DNA from: Bacteroidaceae bacterium
GTDB lineage: Bacteria; Bacteroidota; Bacteroidia; Bacteroidales; Bacteroidaceae
Assembly (NCBI GenBank): GCA_045640885.1
Contig: JAZUFX010000054.1
Coordinates: forward strand, 14,917-78,916
DNA length: 64,000 nt
Reading direction: 5' to 3'
The notes below the pieces were generated by a model, which was not told where the DNA came from, ran no database searches, and saw nothing but the letters and a program-made list of their open reading frames with translations. Position numbers and translations under genes: made by a program. Shown one piece after another: positions 46,942-57,528 of this stretch; the stretch's first letter is position 1; each line of letters begins with the position of its first letter.

Positions 46942-47634
46942 ATGGAAATCAAGAAGTCGGAAAGGGCTGACCTTGAGAGAGGCAAGACGACCTCTCTTCT
47001 GATGGGCTTTGTACTTGCCTTCTCTGTCATGTTCGTTGCATTGGAATGGACACAGAGAGAAAAGACAGAAGACGATGACATCTTCGTAGCAGCGCGTGAT
47101 GTGACTCTCGAAGAGGAACTTATTCCTATCACACTGCCTGAAAAGAAAGTGGTTCCTCCTCCACCTGCATCGGTGTCCAAGGCTGATATCATTGACATTG
47201 TCGACAATGATGCCGATATTGAAGAGGAAAACCTTCTGTCAGCTGATGACCAGACTGAATTTATCGATATAACCCAAGTCGAAGTGATTAACCTCGAACC
47301 GGAACCGGAACCCGATGACGTTCCATTCCAGATTGTGGAGGATATGCCTGAGTTCCCCGGCGGACAGGAAGCTCTTTTGAAATATTTGAGCAGCCACATC
47401 AAGTATCCTTCAATATGTCGTGAAAATAACATTCAGGGACGTGTGGTACTTCAGTTCATTGTAAACAAGGACGGTTCAATTGTGGATGTCGAGGTCATTA
47501 AGCCGGTACATCCGCAACTCGACAAGGAAGCTGTCCGGGTTGTTGAGGGTATGCCTAAGTGGAAAGCGGGTTCGCAGCGCGGCAAACCGGTCCGTGTAAA
47601 GTATACGCTTCCTGTCAACTTCAGACTGAACTGA
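46942..47634 (+). CDS. tonB: energy transducer TonB
   Basis: N-terminal TM anchor, a Pro/Glu-rich linker, and the C-terminal TonB domain PEFPGGQEALLKYL...GRVVLQFIVNKDGSI...V. Confidence 0.88.
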   Translation: MEIKKSERADLERGKTTSLLMGFVLAFSVMFVALEWTQREKTEDDDIFVAARDVTLEEELIPITLPEKKVVPPPPASVSKADIIDIVDNDADIEEENLLSADDQTEFIDITQVEVINLEPEPEPDDVPFQIVEDMPEFPGGQEALLKYLSSHIKYPSICRENNIQGRVVLQFIVNKDGSIVDVEVIKPVHPQLDKEAVRVVEGMPKWKAGSQRGKPVRVKYTLPVNFRLN

Positions 47635-47649
47635 TTTTCCAATCATAAA

Positions 47650-47679
47650 GGGGCTTTGCGCAAAAGCCCCTTCTTTTTT
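47650..47679 (+). terminator. rho-independent terminator after tonB
   Basis: Stem ggggcttt / aaagcccc with a 5-nt loop, followed by ttctttttt. Confidence 0.8.
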
Positions 47680-47689
47680 ACATTAAGGC

Positions 47690-48670
47690 ATGCGTTCATC
47701 AACTGAAATAACTGCATCGTTTGAAACATACCTTAGACGGCTTGAATATTCCAGACCGCCCGTCAATCTTTATTCTCCTATAGAATACGTTCTGTCAAAC
47801 GGCGGCAAGCGTCTGCGTCCCACTCTGCTTGCCATGGCATATAACATGTATTGCGATGACAGCCGGGTGGAACACTGCTTCGCCGCAGCTGCAGGCATTG
47901 AGATATTTCACAATTTCACTCTGCTGCATGACGATCTGATGGATAAGGCATCGGTAAGACGCGGCAAACCGACAGTCCACTGCAAGTGGAATGCGAACAC
48001 GGCAATTCTGTCGGGCGATGAAATGCTTGTGCTTGCGTACCGGCAGTTGGCGGAAACTGCGGGAGACAGACTTCAGGAAGTCATGTCCATTGCCAATGAG
48101 ACGTTCACCGGCATAATGGAAGGCCAGCAGTATGATATGGACTTTGAAGCCAGGACTGATGTTACGGAACGGGAATACATTGAAATGATCCGTCTCAAGA
48201 CGTCGGTGCTTCTTGGAGCGGCTGTCCGCATAGGAGCGGTCCTTGGCGGCGCAAACAGGAGCGATGCCGCTTTCCTGTATTCATTCGGCGAAAAACTTGG
48301 CCTTGCTTTCCAGTTGCAGGACGACCTTCTTGATGTATATGGTGACCCTGCCGTGTTCGGCAAGAAAATCGGTGGTGACATACTTTGCAACAAGAAGACA
48401 TATATGTATATAAACGCGTACCGTCTGGCCGATCCAAATCAGAAAAGGGAACTGGACAGATGGGCGCAGTACGATGGAAGTGAACCGGAACGGAAAATTG
48501 CCGCTGTTACTGCAATTTACAATTCAGTGGGAGTCAGGAAATTGGCAACTGACCTCATTGCCGATTATTTCAACCAGGCTGTCGCCATGCTTGACAAAGT
48601 GTCGCTTCCCGACAGCAGGAAACAGGAGCTGAAAGCATATGCAGCCGGTCTGCTTAACAGAGAAAACTGA
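47690..48670 (+). CDS. polyprenyl diphosphate synthase (trans-IPPS family)
   Basis: First Asp-rich motif LLHDDLMD and second motif QLQDDLLD. 326 aa. Chain length cannot be determined from the sequence. Confidence 0.88.
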   Translation: MRSSTEITASFETYLRRLEYSRPPVNLYSPIEYVLSNGGKRLRPTLLAMAYNMYCDDSRVEHCFAAAAGIEIFHNFTLLHDDLMDKASVRRGKPTVHCKWNANTAILSGDEMLVLAYRQLAETAGDRLQEVMSIANETFTGIMEGQQYDMDFEARTDVTEREYIEMIRLKTSVLLGAAVRIGAVLGGANRSDAAFLYSFGEKLGLAFQLQDDLLDVYGDPAVFGKKIGGDILCNKKTYMYINAYRLADPNQKRELDRWAQYDGSEPERKIAAVTAIYNSVGVRKLATDLIADYFNQAVAMLDKVSLPDSRKQELKAYAAGLLNREN

Positions 48671-48678
48671 ATAGAACC

Positions 48679-49383
48679 ATGCCATACCGCAGATTACCCA
48701 ACACCGATCAGGCAAGAATCAGAACACTGAGTACTGTAATTGATGTGATGCGCAACAATGATCTGTATGTTCCGGTACTGCCTCCCGAACTGTACAACCG
48801 AGTGGAGCGCAAGCTCAGACAGTTCAAAAGTGCGGCCGATTTGTACAATGCGTATCTGGCAGAGCAGAACGGCTTTTCAAAATCGGCTGCATACAGAACC
48901 AGATTGAAGAACGCGCACATGTACGTGTCGCATTTCCTGACGGTTTTCAATCTGGCGGTAAAACGCGGCGAAATCAAGGCAGCCGACAGAGCATTGTATT
49001 CTCTGCCAGAGGATACGGCTGAATTGCCTGACCTTTCATCGGACGCTGCCATCATACGCTGTTGCCAGAATGCCATTGCGGGTGAGAGGGCCAGAACGCA
49101 GAAAGGCGGACTCCCAATGATGAATCCTACCATAGCAAAAGTCAATGTGCACTATGATCTGTTCCGTGAAATGTATGACAAGCAGCAACTGCTGCGTGTC
49201 CGTACCGATGAAAGCCTTGCTGCGGTAGCGGTTCAAAGACCTGAAATCGATGCAATGATTCTTGAGGTTTGGAATACGATTGAAGCACATTTTGCCGATT
49301 TGCAGGGTGATGCCAGATTGAATGCCTGCCGCAAGTATGGCGTTATCTACTATTACCGTCCAGGTGAAAAGAAGTCTCGTTGA
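48679..49383 (+). CDS. conserved hypothetical protein
   Basis: 234 aa starting MPYRRLPNTDQARIR. Helical and soluble-looking. No catalytic motif recognised. Confidence 0.65.
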   Translation: MPYRRLPNTDQARIRTLSTVIDVMRNNDLYVPVLPPELYNRVERKLRQFKSAADLYNAYLAEQNGFSKSAAYRTRLKNAHMYVSHFLTVFNLAVKRGEIKAADRALYSLPEDTAELPDLSSDAAIIRCCQNAIAGERARTQKGGLPMMNPTIAKVNVHYDLFREMYDKQQLLRVRTDESLAAVAVQRPEIDAMILEVWNTIEAHFADLQGDARLNACRKYGVIYYYRPGEKKSR

Positions 49384-50176
49384 CACCCATTGTCACTTTT
49401 ACGATGAGGCGTTTCTTGATGATGCCGACCAGGCGGTGAAACGTGCCATGGAAGCAGGAATAGAGAAACTCCTGCTGCCTAATATAAATGTGCACACGCT
49501 TCGGCCCATGCTGTCTTTGTGTGACCGGTGGCCTGACGTCTGTTATCCTATGATTGGCCTTCATCCTGAGGATCTGGATCCGGACTTCGGCTCTCAGCTT
49601 GATGTGCTCAAGAACGAACTCGACACAGACCGTGCCGATGGCGGTTGCCGCTATATAGGAATAGGTGAGACGGGGCTGGATTTGCATTGGGACACCAGCC
49701 GTCTTGATAACCAGATAAGGTCCTTTTCGACCCAGATAGAGTGGGCTCTGGAATATGATCTTCCAATTGTGGTCCACAGTCGCGATTGCCACAGCCAGCT
49801 TTGCGAGGTCCTTGACAGGTTCCGCAGTTCCGGATTGAGAGGCGTGTTCCACTGCTTCTGCGGCACTGAAGACGAGGCTCTGCGCCTCATGGAATATGAG
49901 GGCATGATGTTCGGCATAGGAGGTGTGCTTACATATAGGAAATCAACTGTCCCTCAGGCGTTGAAAGTCATTCCGCACGACAGGATACTGCTTGAAACGG
50001 ACTGCCCGTATCTGGCTCCGGTTCCCATGAGGGGGCAACGCAACGAGTCCTCATTCATGATTCACACTTTGCAGGCCCTTGCGGCGTACTGGGAATGCGG
50101 CATTGATGAAACAGCTTCGGTAACATCGTCCAATGCCTGCCGTCTTTTCCGTATTCAGCTGCAGCCCGGGCAATAA
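49364..50176 (+). CDS. TatD family metal-dependent hydrolase
   Basis: VDTHCHF near the N-terminus, plus GETGLD, VVHSRD, FHCF and ETDCPYL. The start is uncertain: GTG 49364 gives the typical short N-terminus, and ATG 49322 would overlap the previous gene by 62 nt. Confidence 0.85.
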   Translation: MKRSLVDTHCHFYDEAFLDDADQAVKRAMEAGIEKLLLPNINVHTLRPMLSLCDRWPDVCYPMIGLHPEDLDPDFGSQLDVLKNELDTDRADGGCRYIGIGETGLDLHWDTSRLDNQIRSFSTQIEWALEYDLPIVVHSRDCHSQLCEVLDRFRSSGLRGVFHCFCGTEDEALRLMEYEGMMFGIGGVLTYRKSTVPQALKVIPHDRILLETDCPYLAPVPMRGQRNESSFMIHTLQALAAYWECGIDETASVTSSNACRLFRIQLQPGQ

Positions 50177-50217
50177 TATGGCCTTGTGGCCGTTTATATT
50201 CCCAAACAAGCATACCG

Positions 50218-51369
50218 ATGGCCAAAGGCTGGGAATTCAAGAAGGTAAGGACTCTGCTTATTGTGATAGCAGTCGTAATAGCATTGCTGTCGCTGATAGT
50301 TTCGCAGAAGCTGACCCGTGACCTGTCACGCGAGGAACTGGGCAAAATGGAACTTTTCGCCCAGGCTTACCACTCATTCAACGAGGCCGATGAGAATACC
50401 GATCTCAGTCTTGTACTTGCCGTGATATCGGGCAACAAGACCATACCTGTGATAGTGGTTGATCAGGATGACAATATATTGAGTTATCAGAATATTGAAT
50501 TCGGCAAATCCGATACCGCCGAATGTCTTGCCCGTCATCTGTCACAGATGCGCCAGTCCGGAAATGCAATCAAAATATGGTTCGATGAAGACAATCATGA
50601 CTGTTATAATGAAGTGTGCTTTGAAGAATCGTTGCTTTTGAACCGTCTTACCGTATATCCGTATATCCAGATTTCGGTAGTGGTGCTGTTTGTCCTGCTG
50701 GCCATTTTCGCACTGCTGAGTTTCAAGAAGACCGAACAGAACAGGGTTTGGGTGGGACTCTCGAAGGAAACGGCCCATCAGTTGGGCACACCCATATCAT
50801 CGCTTATGGCGTGGACGGAACTCCTGAAGGACAAGTATGACGACCCTCTTATCGGTGAAATGGAAAAGGATGTCGACCGTCTGCAGATGGTAGCAGAGCG
50901 TTTCTCGAAGATAGGTTCGATGCCGGAACCTCAGCCATACGATATGACCAGCCTTCTGCGATCGGTCATTGGCTATACCCGCCGTCGTTCTCCGGAGACC
51001 GTGAAATTTGAATATGACATTCCGGAGGGGCCTGTCCTGGCTCCCGTCAATCAGGCACTTTTCGGGTGGGTGGTTGAAAATCTGTGCAAGAACGCGGTCG
51101 ATGCCATGGATGGACAAGGCATCCTTTCCATAAGTCTGATGTGCGAAGAAGGCATTGTCGCAATAGAAGTGAAAGATACCGGAAAGGGTATTCCAAAGAG
51201 TAATTGGAAAAGCGTGTTCGACCCTGGCTTCACTACAAAGGAAAGAGGATGGGGGCTTGGCCTGTCGCTTGCTCACCGTATTGTCTGTGAATACCATAAG
51301 GGCAGGATTTTTGTCCTGCGGTCAGAGCCTGGCATCGGTACGACTTTCCGTATTGAACTGCCTTGCTGA
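50218..51369 (+). CDS. orphan sensor histidine kinase (two TM segments, HisKA + HATPase_c, no HAMP)
   Basis: H-box AHQLGTPISSL directly after TM2, N-box ENLCKNAVDA, G-boxes KDTGKGIP and GWGLGL. Confidence 0.85.
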   Translation: MAKGWEFKKVRTLLIVIAVVIALLSLIVSQKLTRDLSREELGKMELFAQAYHSFNEADENTDLSLVLAVISGNKTIPVIVVDQDDNILSYQNIEFGKSDTAECLARHLSQMRQSGNAIKIWFDEDNHDCYNEVCFEESLLLNRLTVYPYIQISVVVLFVLLAIFALLSFKKTEQNRVWVGLSKETAHQLGTPISSLMAWTELLKDKYDDPLIGEMEKDVDRLQMVAERFSKIGSMPEPQPYDMTSLLRSVIGYTRRRSPETVKFEYDIPEGPVLAPVNQALFGWVVENLCKNAVDAMDGQGILSISLMCEEGIVAIEVKDTGKGIPKSNWKSVFDPGFTTKERGWGLGLSLAHRIVCEYHKGRIFVLRSEPGIGTTFRIELPC

Positions 51370-51435
51370 AAATGAGCCTTTCTTCAAATTGGAAAAAAGA
51401 GCGCAATAAAGTTTCCGTTCTGAAAAATAAATGTC

Positions 51436-51443
51436 TATCTTTG
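51436..51443 (+). promoter_or_regulatory. Bacteroidota -7 box TATCTTTG for the yceD-rpmF unit
   Basis: Exact match 20 nt upstream of the 51464 ATG. Confidence 0.45.
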
Positions 51444-51463
51444 TGCCCCGAAAAAATTGTTTG

Positions 51464-52000
51464 ATGGGCAGACTGGATAAGTACAATGTTGAACTGAAGG
51501 ACTTGAAAGAACCTCAGGCCCGGTATCAGTGGACAGTTGACCAGGATTTCTTCGCTGTTGTGGAAGGTGACGAAGTCCAGAAAGGCAAGGTCAATGTGGA
51601 ACTCGTTGTATCAAAGGTCTCCGGCCTGTACAAACTGGATTTTTCGGTGGCTGGAACGGTCATTGTCACATGTGACCGCTGTCTTGACGATATGACGCTG
51701 GAAATTGAAAACAGCGGAGAACTCAAGGTGAAGCTCGGAGCCGATTTCGGTGATGAAGGTGACATTGTCATAGTTCCTGAAGAGCAGGGCTTCGTGAATG
51801 TGGCATGGTACATTTATGAGTTCATTGCATTGGCGATACCAATCAAGCATGTGCATGCACCCGGAAAGTGCAACAAGGACATGATGGCAAAGCTCGATGA
51901 ACTTACAGTAGGCGAGGATCAGGATGATGAATCCGGTCAGAATGATACTGACCCGCGCTGGGATGAATTGAAAAATATAATTGAAAACGATAACGATTAA
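51464..52000 (+). CDS. DUF177 (YceD-like) protein
   Basis: Start at MGRLDKYNV. Contains the CDRCLD motif. It holds the conserved position immediately upstream of rpmF. Confidence 0.8.
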   Translation: MGRLDKYNVELKDLKEPQARYQWTVDQDFFAVVEGDEVQKGKVNVELVVSKVSGLYKLDFSVAGTVIVTCDRCLDDMTLEIENSGELKVKLGADFGDEGDIVIVPEEQGFVNVAWYIYEFIALAIPIKHVHAPGKCNKDMMAKLDELTVGEDQDDESGQNDTDPRWDELKNIIENDND

Positions 52001-52012
52001 AATTAAAACAAA

Positions 52013-52201
52013 ATGGCACATCCTAAAAGAAGGCAGTCAAAGACAAGAACTGCGAAAAGAAGGACCCACGATAAGGCAATTGCTCCGACACTTGCAATCT
52101 GCCCGAACTGTGGAGCATGGCACGTTTATCACACAGTATGCGCTGAGTGCGGTTACTACAGAGGCAAGCTTGCAGTAGTAAAGCAGGAGGCCGCTGAATG
52201 A
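52013..52201 (+). CDS. rpmF: 50S ribosomal protein L32
   Basis: MAHPKRRQSKTRTAKRRTHDKA plus the CxxC...CxxC zinc ribbon. Confidence 0.95.
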   Translation: MAHPKRRQSKTRTAKRRTHDKAIAPTLAICPNCGAWHVYHTVCAECGYYRGKLAVVKQEAAE

Positions 52202-52214
52202 CAAAACCTACTGA

Positions 52215-52247
52215 AAAACGCATCCGCCAAAAAGATGCGTTTTTTTT
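52215..52247 (+). terminator. rho-independent terminator after rpmF
   Basis: Stem cgcatc / gatgcg (extendable with A-T pairs), 9-nt loop, T8 tail. Confidence 0.7.
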
Positions 52248-52261
52248 GACTCGTTTTTGGA

Positions 52262-53143
52262 ATGCATAAAGCCGGATTCGTAAATATTGTCGGTAACCCT
52301 AACGTAGGCAAATCCACTCTGATGAACCTGCTTGTGGGTGAACACATCTCAATAGCAACGTTCAAGGCCCAGACTACCCGCCACAGGATAATGGGCATTG
52401 TCAACACTGAAGACTCGCAGATTGTGTTTTCGGACACACCAGGTGTGCTGAAACCGAACTATAAGCTGCAGGAGTCGATGCTGGCATTCTCGCAATCGGC
52501 TCTTGTCGATGCCGATGTGCTTATATATATGACCGATGTGGTTGAAAAAGCCGACAAGAATCAGGATTTTCTTGACAAGGTGCGTGCGCTGAAGGTACCG
52601 GTGCTTTTGGTTATCAACAAGATAGACCTGACTGATCAGCCAACTCTTGAGAAATTGGTAGGAAGCTGGCATGAAAGCTTGCCTCAGGCTGAAATCATTC
52701 CAATATCGGCGGCAAACCGCTTTGGTGTCGAGACCATTATGAGAAGGGTCAACGACCTGCTGCCGGACAGCCCTCCATATTTTGACAAGGACCAGCTTAC
52801 CGACAAGCCGGCGCGTTTTTTCGTGTCCGAGATTGTCCGGGAAAAGATTCTGCTCCACTATGACAAGGAAATACCGTATTCCGTTGAGGTTGCGGTTGAC
52901 CAGTTCAAGGAGAACCGGAACCGGATACTCATCAACTGCGTTATCTATGTCGAACGCGAATCGCAGAAGGGAATAATCATCGGTCATGAGGGTCAGGCCT
53001 TGAAACGTGTGGCCGTAGAGTCAAGAATGGACCTGGAAAAATTCTTCGGAAAAAAGATTTTCATGGAACTGTTCGTGAAAGTGGACAAGGATTGGCGCAG
53101 TTCTGACAGAGAACTTCGTAACTTTGGATACGAACAGGAATAA
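52262..53143 (+). CDS. era: GTPase Era
   Basis: G1 [10 protein letters not shown]3 DTPG, G4 NKID, and a C-terminal KH domain. Confidence 0.95.
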   Translation: MHKAGFVNIVGNPNVGKSTLMNLLVGEHISIATFKAQTTRHRIMGIVNTEDSQIVFSDTPGVLKPNYKLQESMLAFSQSALVDADVLIYMTDVVEKADKNQDFLDKVRALKVPVLLVINKIDLTDQPTLEKLVGSWHESLPQAEIIPISAANRFGVETIMRRVNDLLPDSPPYFDKDQLTDKPARFFVSEIVREKILLHYDKEIPYSVEVAVDQFKENRNRILINCVIYVERESQKGIIIGHEGQALKRVAVESRMDLEKFFGKKIFMELFVKVDKDWRSSDRELRNFGYEQE

Positions 53144-53165
53144 AAGATTCAAAAAACCCATTGAT

Positions 53166-54479
53166 ATGAGCAGCCTGGTAGCAATTGTCGGACGCCCCAA
53201 TGTGGGTAAGTCAACGCTTTTCAACCGCCTTACGCAGACGCGTCAGGCCATTGTTGACGATGAGGCAGGAACCACCCGTGACCGTCAGTACGGCAAGTGT
53301 GAGTGGGGTAACCGCACTTTTTCAGTAGTCGATACCGGCGGATGGGTTGTCAATTCCGATGACGTTTTTGAAGGGGAAATCAACAAGCAGGTAACCATTG
53401 CCATAGAGGAAGCCGATCTGATTCTGTTCATGGTTGACATAAAGAACGGACTGACCGATTTGGACGATCAGGTGGCCGATATACTGCGCCGCTCAAACAG
53501 ACCGGTCATTCTGGTAACCAACAAGATGGACACTTTTGAACTTCAGTATGCCGCAGCTGAGTTCTATTCCTTGGGTTTGGGCGACCCTGTCAGCATATCG
53601 GCTGCAAACGGTAGCGGAACCGGTGATCTTCTGGATATCATAGTCTCAAAGCTGCCGGAGGAAAACAGCCAGGAAACGGAAGACAGTATTCCGCGCTTTG
53701 CCGTTGTGGGCCGTCCGAACGTGGGCAAGAGTTCGATAGTCAATGCTTTCATCGGTACGGAACGTAATATTGTGACAGATATTGCAGGTACTACGCGCGA
53801 TTCGGTTTACACAAGATACAACAAGTTCGGTCTTGACTTCTATCTGGTCGATACTGCTGGAATACGTAAGAAGAGCAAAGTTGAGGAGGACCTTGAGTTC
53901 TACTCCGTAATGCGTTCCATACGTGCCATTGAGAACAGCGATGTGTGCATACTTATGCTTGATGCTACCCGCGGCATTGAGAGTCAGGATCTGAACATCG
54001 TTTCGCTGGTGGTGAAGAACCAGAAGGGACTTGTTGTCGTTGTCAATAAATGGGATCTGATTGAAGACCGCAGCGCTCAGGTCATGAAGAATTACATCGA
54101 GGCAATACGCTCGCGCCTGGCTCCGTTCGTGGATTTCCCTATAGTGTTCACATCGGTCATAGAGAAACAGCGTATTCTCAAAGTGCTTGAATGCGCAAAG
54201 GATGTGTATGCACACAAGACCTACCGCGTTTCGACCGGCAGGCTCAATGCCGAGATGCTGCCGCTGATTGAGGCGTATCCGCCACCATCGACCAAGGGAA
54301 AGTACATCAAGATAAAGTACTGCATGCAGTTGCAGGGCCCTTCAATACCGTCGTTTGTGTTCTTTGCCAACCTGCCGCAGTATGTCAAAGAACCTTATAA
54401 GCGTTTTCTGGAGAACAAAATACGCGAAAAGTGGGACTTCTCCGGAACTCCCATGAACATTTTCATAAGACAGAAGTAA
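53166..54479 (+). CDS. der: ribosome biogenesis GTPase Der (EngA)
   Basis: Start at [18 protein letters not shown] second G domain begins [12 protein letters not shown]-terminal KH-like domain. Confidence 0.95.
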   Translation: MSSLVAIVGRPNVGKSTLFNRLTQTRQAIVDDEAGTTRDRQYGKCEWGNRTFSVVDTGGWVVNSDDVFEGEINKQVTIAIEEADLILFMVDIKNGLTDLDDQVADILRRSNRPVILVTNKMDTFELQYAAAEFYSLGLGDPVSISAANGSGTGDLLDIIVSKLPEENSQETEDSIPRFAVVGRPNVGKSSIVNAFIGTERNIVTDIAGTTRDSVYTRYNKFGLDFYLVDTAGIRKKSKVEEDLEFYSVMRSIRAIENSDVCILMLDATRGIESQDLNIVSLVVKNQKGLVVVVNKWDLIEDRSAQVMKNYIEAIRSRLAPFVDFPIVFTSVIEKQRILKVLECAKDVYAHKTYRVSTGRLNAEMLPLIEAYPPPSTKGKYIKIKYCMQLQGPSIPSFVFFANLPQYVKEPYKRFLENKIREKWDFSGTPMNIFIRQK

Positions 54480-54484
54480 CAGCC

Positions 54485-55261
54485 TCAGGCCTGCTCTGTC
54501 TGGAAATTCTTTTTCTTGAGTTCAAATCCCTGACCAAGGTATTTTTCCTTGACTGTGGGATTCTGGGAAAGTTCTTCCGGGGTACCCTGAAACAGGATGC
54601 GTCCTTCAAACAGAAGGTACGCACGGTCAGTGATGCTGAGCGTTTCGTGAACATTGTGGTCTGTAATCAGAATACCGATGTTGCGGTCCTTCAGTTTCCA
54701 TACAATCTGCTGAATGTCTTCAACGGCAATGGGGTCAACGCCGGCGAAAGGTTCATCCAGCATGATGAACTTGGGCTCAATGGCCAGGCATCGGGCTATT
54801 TCGGTGCGCCGGCGCTCGCCGCCTGACAGCCTGTCACCAAGATTCTTGCGCACTTTCTGCAGACTGAATTCCTGGATGAGGCTCTCCAGTTTGTCACGGC
54901 AGTAGTCGAGCGGTCTGCCGGTAAGTTCCAGAACCGACGCTATATTGTCTTCAACCGTCATCTTGCGGAAAACACTGGCTTCCTGGGCCAGATAACCTAT
55001 GCCGGCTCTTGCCCTTTTATATACGGGGTAGTCGGTAATGTCCTGGTCGTCAAGAAAAATCTTGCCTTCGTTCGGGGTGATAAGACCTGTGGTCATGTAG
55101 AAGGATGTAGTCTTTCCAGCTCCATTGGGGCCGAGCAGACCTACAATTTCACCCTGCTTTACATCTATGGATACATGACTTACAACAGTTCTCTTGCCAT
55201 AGCGTTTTACAAGACCTTCGGTGCGGAGCACCATCTTCCGGTTTTCTTCCATATTGTTCAA
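54485..55261 (-). CDS. lptB: LPS export ABC transporter ATP-binding protein
   Basis: Walker [10 protein letters not shown], signature LSGGERRR, Walker B FIMLDEP. The start could instead be the internal ATG at 55234. Confidence 0.88.
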   Translation of the reverse strand: MNNMEENRKMVLRTEGLVKRYGKRTVVSHVSIDVKQGEIVGLLGPNGAGKTTSFYMTTGLITPNEGKIFLDDQDITDYPVYKRARAGIGYLAQEASVFRKMTVEDNIASVLELTGRPLDYCRDKLESLIQEFSLQKVRKNLGDRLSGGERRRTEIARCLAIEPKFIMLDEPFAGVDPIAVEDIQQIVWKLKDRNIGILITDHNVHETLSITDRAYLLFEGRILFQGTPEELSQNPTVKEKYLGQGFELKKKNFQTEQA

Positions 55262-55302
55262 GTTTCAAGTAGCTGACCGACAGTAATCAGTGCTTTCGGC
55301 GC

Positions 55303-55310
55303 AAAGTTAC
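55303..55310 (-). promoter_or_regulatory. Bacteroidota -7 box TAACTTTG (minus strand) for lptB
   Basis: Plus-strand caaagtta, 41 nt upstream of the 55261 ATG. Confidence 0.4.
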
Positions 55311-55483
55311 AAAACAGATTCTTAAACCTGCCGAAAGTCAGTCATGCTATTGCAAAAAAATCAAAAATTATTTCAGTTTTGCTGATTATTGGAGTAATTT
55401 CGCGGATTAATTGCAAGGGGGTTCTTTGTATGCTCCTTTTGTGTCGTATATCAAGTAGCAAGCGAAACTTAAATAAATAAAGA

Positions 55484-56836
55484 ATGAACGTAAAGTTTGA
55501 GAATGTAAGCAAGGTACAGGGCCTTCTTACCGTAAGTCTTGAAAAGGCTGACTATCAGGGAAATGTGGACAAGGCTCTTAAGGATGCCAAGAAGAAGGTC
55601 AATATGCCCGGTTTCCGTCCGGGCATGGTTCCTATGGCGCTGGTTCAGAAAATGTACGGCAAACAGATCAAGGCCGACGAAATCAACAAGCTGCTTCAGG
55701 ACAAGGTGTTCTCTTACATCAAGGACAACAAGATCAATATGCTTGGCGAACCTCTTCCAAACGAGGAGAAGGAAGCCGGTTTGAGCATCGATGCCGATGA
55801 CCAGACTTTCTACTTTGACATAGCTCTTGCTCCTGAGTTCGATGTTCAGATTGGCAAGGACGACGCCATTACTTACTATCAGATCAAGGTTACTCCTGAA
55901 ATGGTCGACAACCAGTGCAAGGCGTATGCCCAGCAGAACGGCAAGTACGAGCAGGTAGATGAGTATCAGGCAGGCGACATGATCAAGGGACGTCTGGTGG
56001 AACTGAACATGGACGGTTCTTTGAACGAGGCCGGCATTGTAGTGGAAGGCGCTGCAATGATGCCCGACTACATCAAGGACGATGCTCAGAAGGCGTTGTT
56101 CTCGGCTGCAAAGAAAGGCTCGGAAATCAAGTTCAATCCTTCAGTGGCATATCAGGGCAACGACGTTGAAATGGCATCCCTGCTTAACCGCAAGAAGGAG
56201 GAAGTCAGTGGCATCAAGTGTGATTTCTCGTTCACAATTCAGGATATCACCCGTTTTGTTCCATCGGAGCTCAATCAGGAGGTGTTCGACCGCGTATTCG
56301 GCAAGGATGCTGTAAAGGATGAGAAAGAATTCCGCACAAAGGTGGAGGAGTCAATGGCTGCAGGTTTCGCTCCTGACTGTGACTACCGTTTCCTTCTTGA
56401 TGTCCGCAAGTACCTTATGGAGAAGGTCGGCAAACTGGAATATGCCGATGAACTGTTGCGCCGCATAATGAACAGCAATGCCGAAGGCAAGACCGTTGAC
56501 GATGAGTCATTTGCCCGCAGCCTTGAGGAACTGAGCTGGCATCTTATCCAGGAGAAGCTGGTTGAAGCCAATGGCATCAAGATTGAAGATGAGGATGTCA
56601 AGAACATGGCACGCGAGGCTACCCGCGCACAGTTCGCCCAGTATGGAATGATGAACATTCCTGACGAAATGCTTGACAACTACTCAAAGGAAATGCTCAA
56701 GAAGCGTGAAACCGTTGACAGTCTTGTGAACCGTGCCATCGAGACCAAGCTTTCGGCTGCTCTCAAGGAACAGGTCAAGCTCAAGAACAAGAAGGTTACG
56801 GTTGAAGAGTTCAACAAACTGTTCGAGACCAAGTAA
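55484..56836 (+). CDS. tig: trigger factor
   Basis: 450 aa. N-terminal ribosome-binding region with GFRPGMVP. Its conserved position is upstream of clpP-clpX. Confidence 0.9.
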   Translation: MNVKFENVSKVQGLLTVSLEKADYQGNVDKALKDAKKKVNMPGFRPGMVPMALVQKMYGKQIKADEINKLLQDKVFSYIKDNKINMLGEPLPNEEKEAGLSIDADDQTFYFDIALAPEFDVQIGKDDAITYYQIKVTPEMVDNQCKAYAQQNGKYEQVDEYQAGDMIKGRLVELNMDGSLNEAGIVVEGAAMMPDYIKDDAQKALFSAAKKGSEIKFNPSVAYQGNDVEMASLLNRKKEEVSGIKCDFSFTIQDITRFVPSELNQEVFDRVFGKDAVKDEKEFRTKVEESMAAGFAPDCDYRFLLDVRKYLMEKVGKLEYADELLRRIMNSNAEGKTVDDESFARSLEELSWHLIQEKLVEANGIKIEDEDVKNMAREATRAQFAQYGMMNIPDEMLDNYSKEMLKKRETVDSLVNRAIETKLSAALKEQVKLKNKKVTVEEFNKLFETK

Positions 56837-56856
56837 ACAAGAATAAATTCCCTTTC

Positions 56857-57525
56857 ATGGACGAATTCAGAAAATTTGCAACGCGTCACCGCGGGCTGGA
56901 CAGCCAGGCGCTTGACGATGTAATCAAGGCTCAGTCGGAGTACCTGAATCCATATATTCTGGAGGAAAGGCAGCTCAATGTAACCCAGATGGACGTGTTC
57001 AGCCGTCTTATGATGGACAGAATCATATTCCTGGGAACAGAAATAAGTGACTATACGGCCAACACCATTCAGGCGCAGCTTCTGTATCTGGATTCGGTGG
57101 ACCCGACAAGGGAAATTTCAATCTATATAAATTCCCCCGGCGGTTCTGTCACTGCCGGTTTGGGAATCTATGACACCATGCAGTTCATTTCCAGCCCCGT
57201 CGCAACTATCTGCACAGGTCTGGCAGCAAGCATGGCATCGGTGCTTCTGGTTGCCGGAAACGAAGGCAAGCGTTCGGCTCTGCCACACAGCCGAGTAATG
57301 ATTCATCAGCCTCTTGGCGGCGTCCAGGGGCAGGCAAGTGACATTGAGATTACTGCCCGTGAAATCCAGAAGATGAAGAAGGAACTTTACACAATCATAT
57401 CGGAACATTCACACACTCCGTTTGACAAGGTATGGCAGGACAGCGATCGTGACTACTGGATGTCGGCACAGGAGGCCAAGGAGTACGGAATGATTGACCA
57501 GATTCTTGAAAAACGCAAGCAATAA
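56857..57525 (+). CDS. clpP: ATP-dependent Clp protease proteolytic subunit
   Basis: INSPGGSV, active-site region GLAASMAS, and HQPLGG. Confidence 0.96.
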   Translation: MDEFRKFATRHRGLDSQALDDVIKAQSEYLNPYILEERQLNVTQMDVFSRLMMDRIIFLGTEISDYTANTIQAQLLYLDSVDPTREISIYINSPGGSVTAGLGIYDTMQFISSPVATICTGLAASMASVLLVAGNEGKRSALPHSRVMIHQPLGGVQGQASDIEITAREIQKMKKELYTIISEHSHTPFDKVWQDSDRDYWMSAQEAKEYGMIDQILEKRKQ

Positions 57526-57528
57526 GGA

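Noticed and set aside
55262-55483. The 222-nt lptB/tig intergenic region as a possible sRNA or riboswitch. It has an 8-bp ctttcggc/gccgaaag stem and a repeated tcaagtagc 9-mer.
   Set aside because: I recognised no known riboswitch core and no terminator-like end. The stem encloses the lptB -7 box, and the only ORF in the region is 13 codons. The evidence is insufficient for a call.
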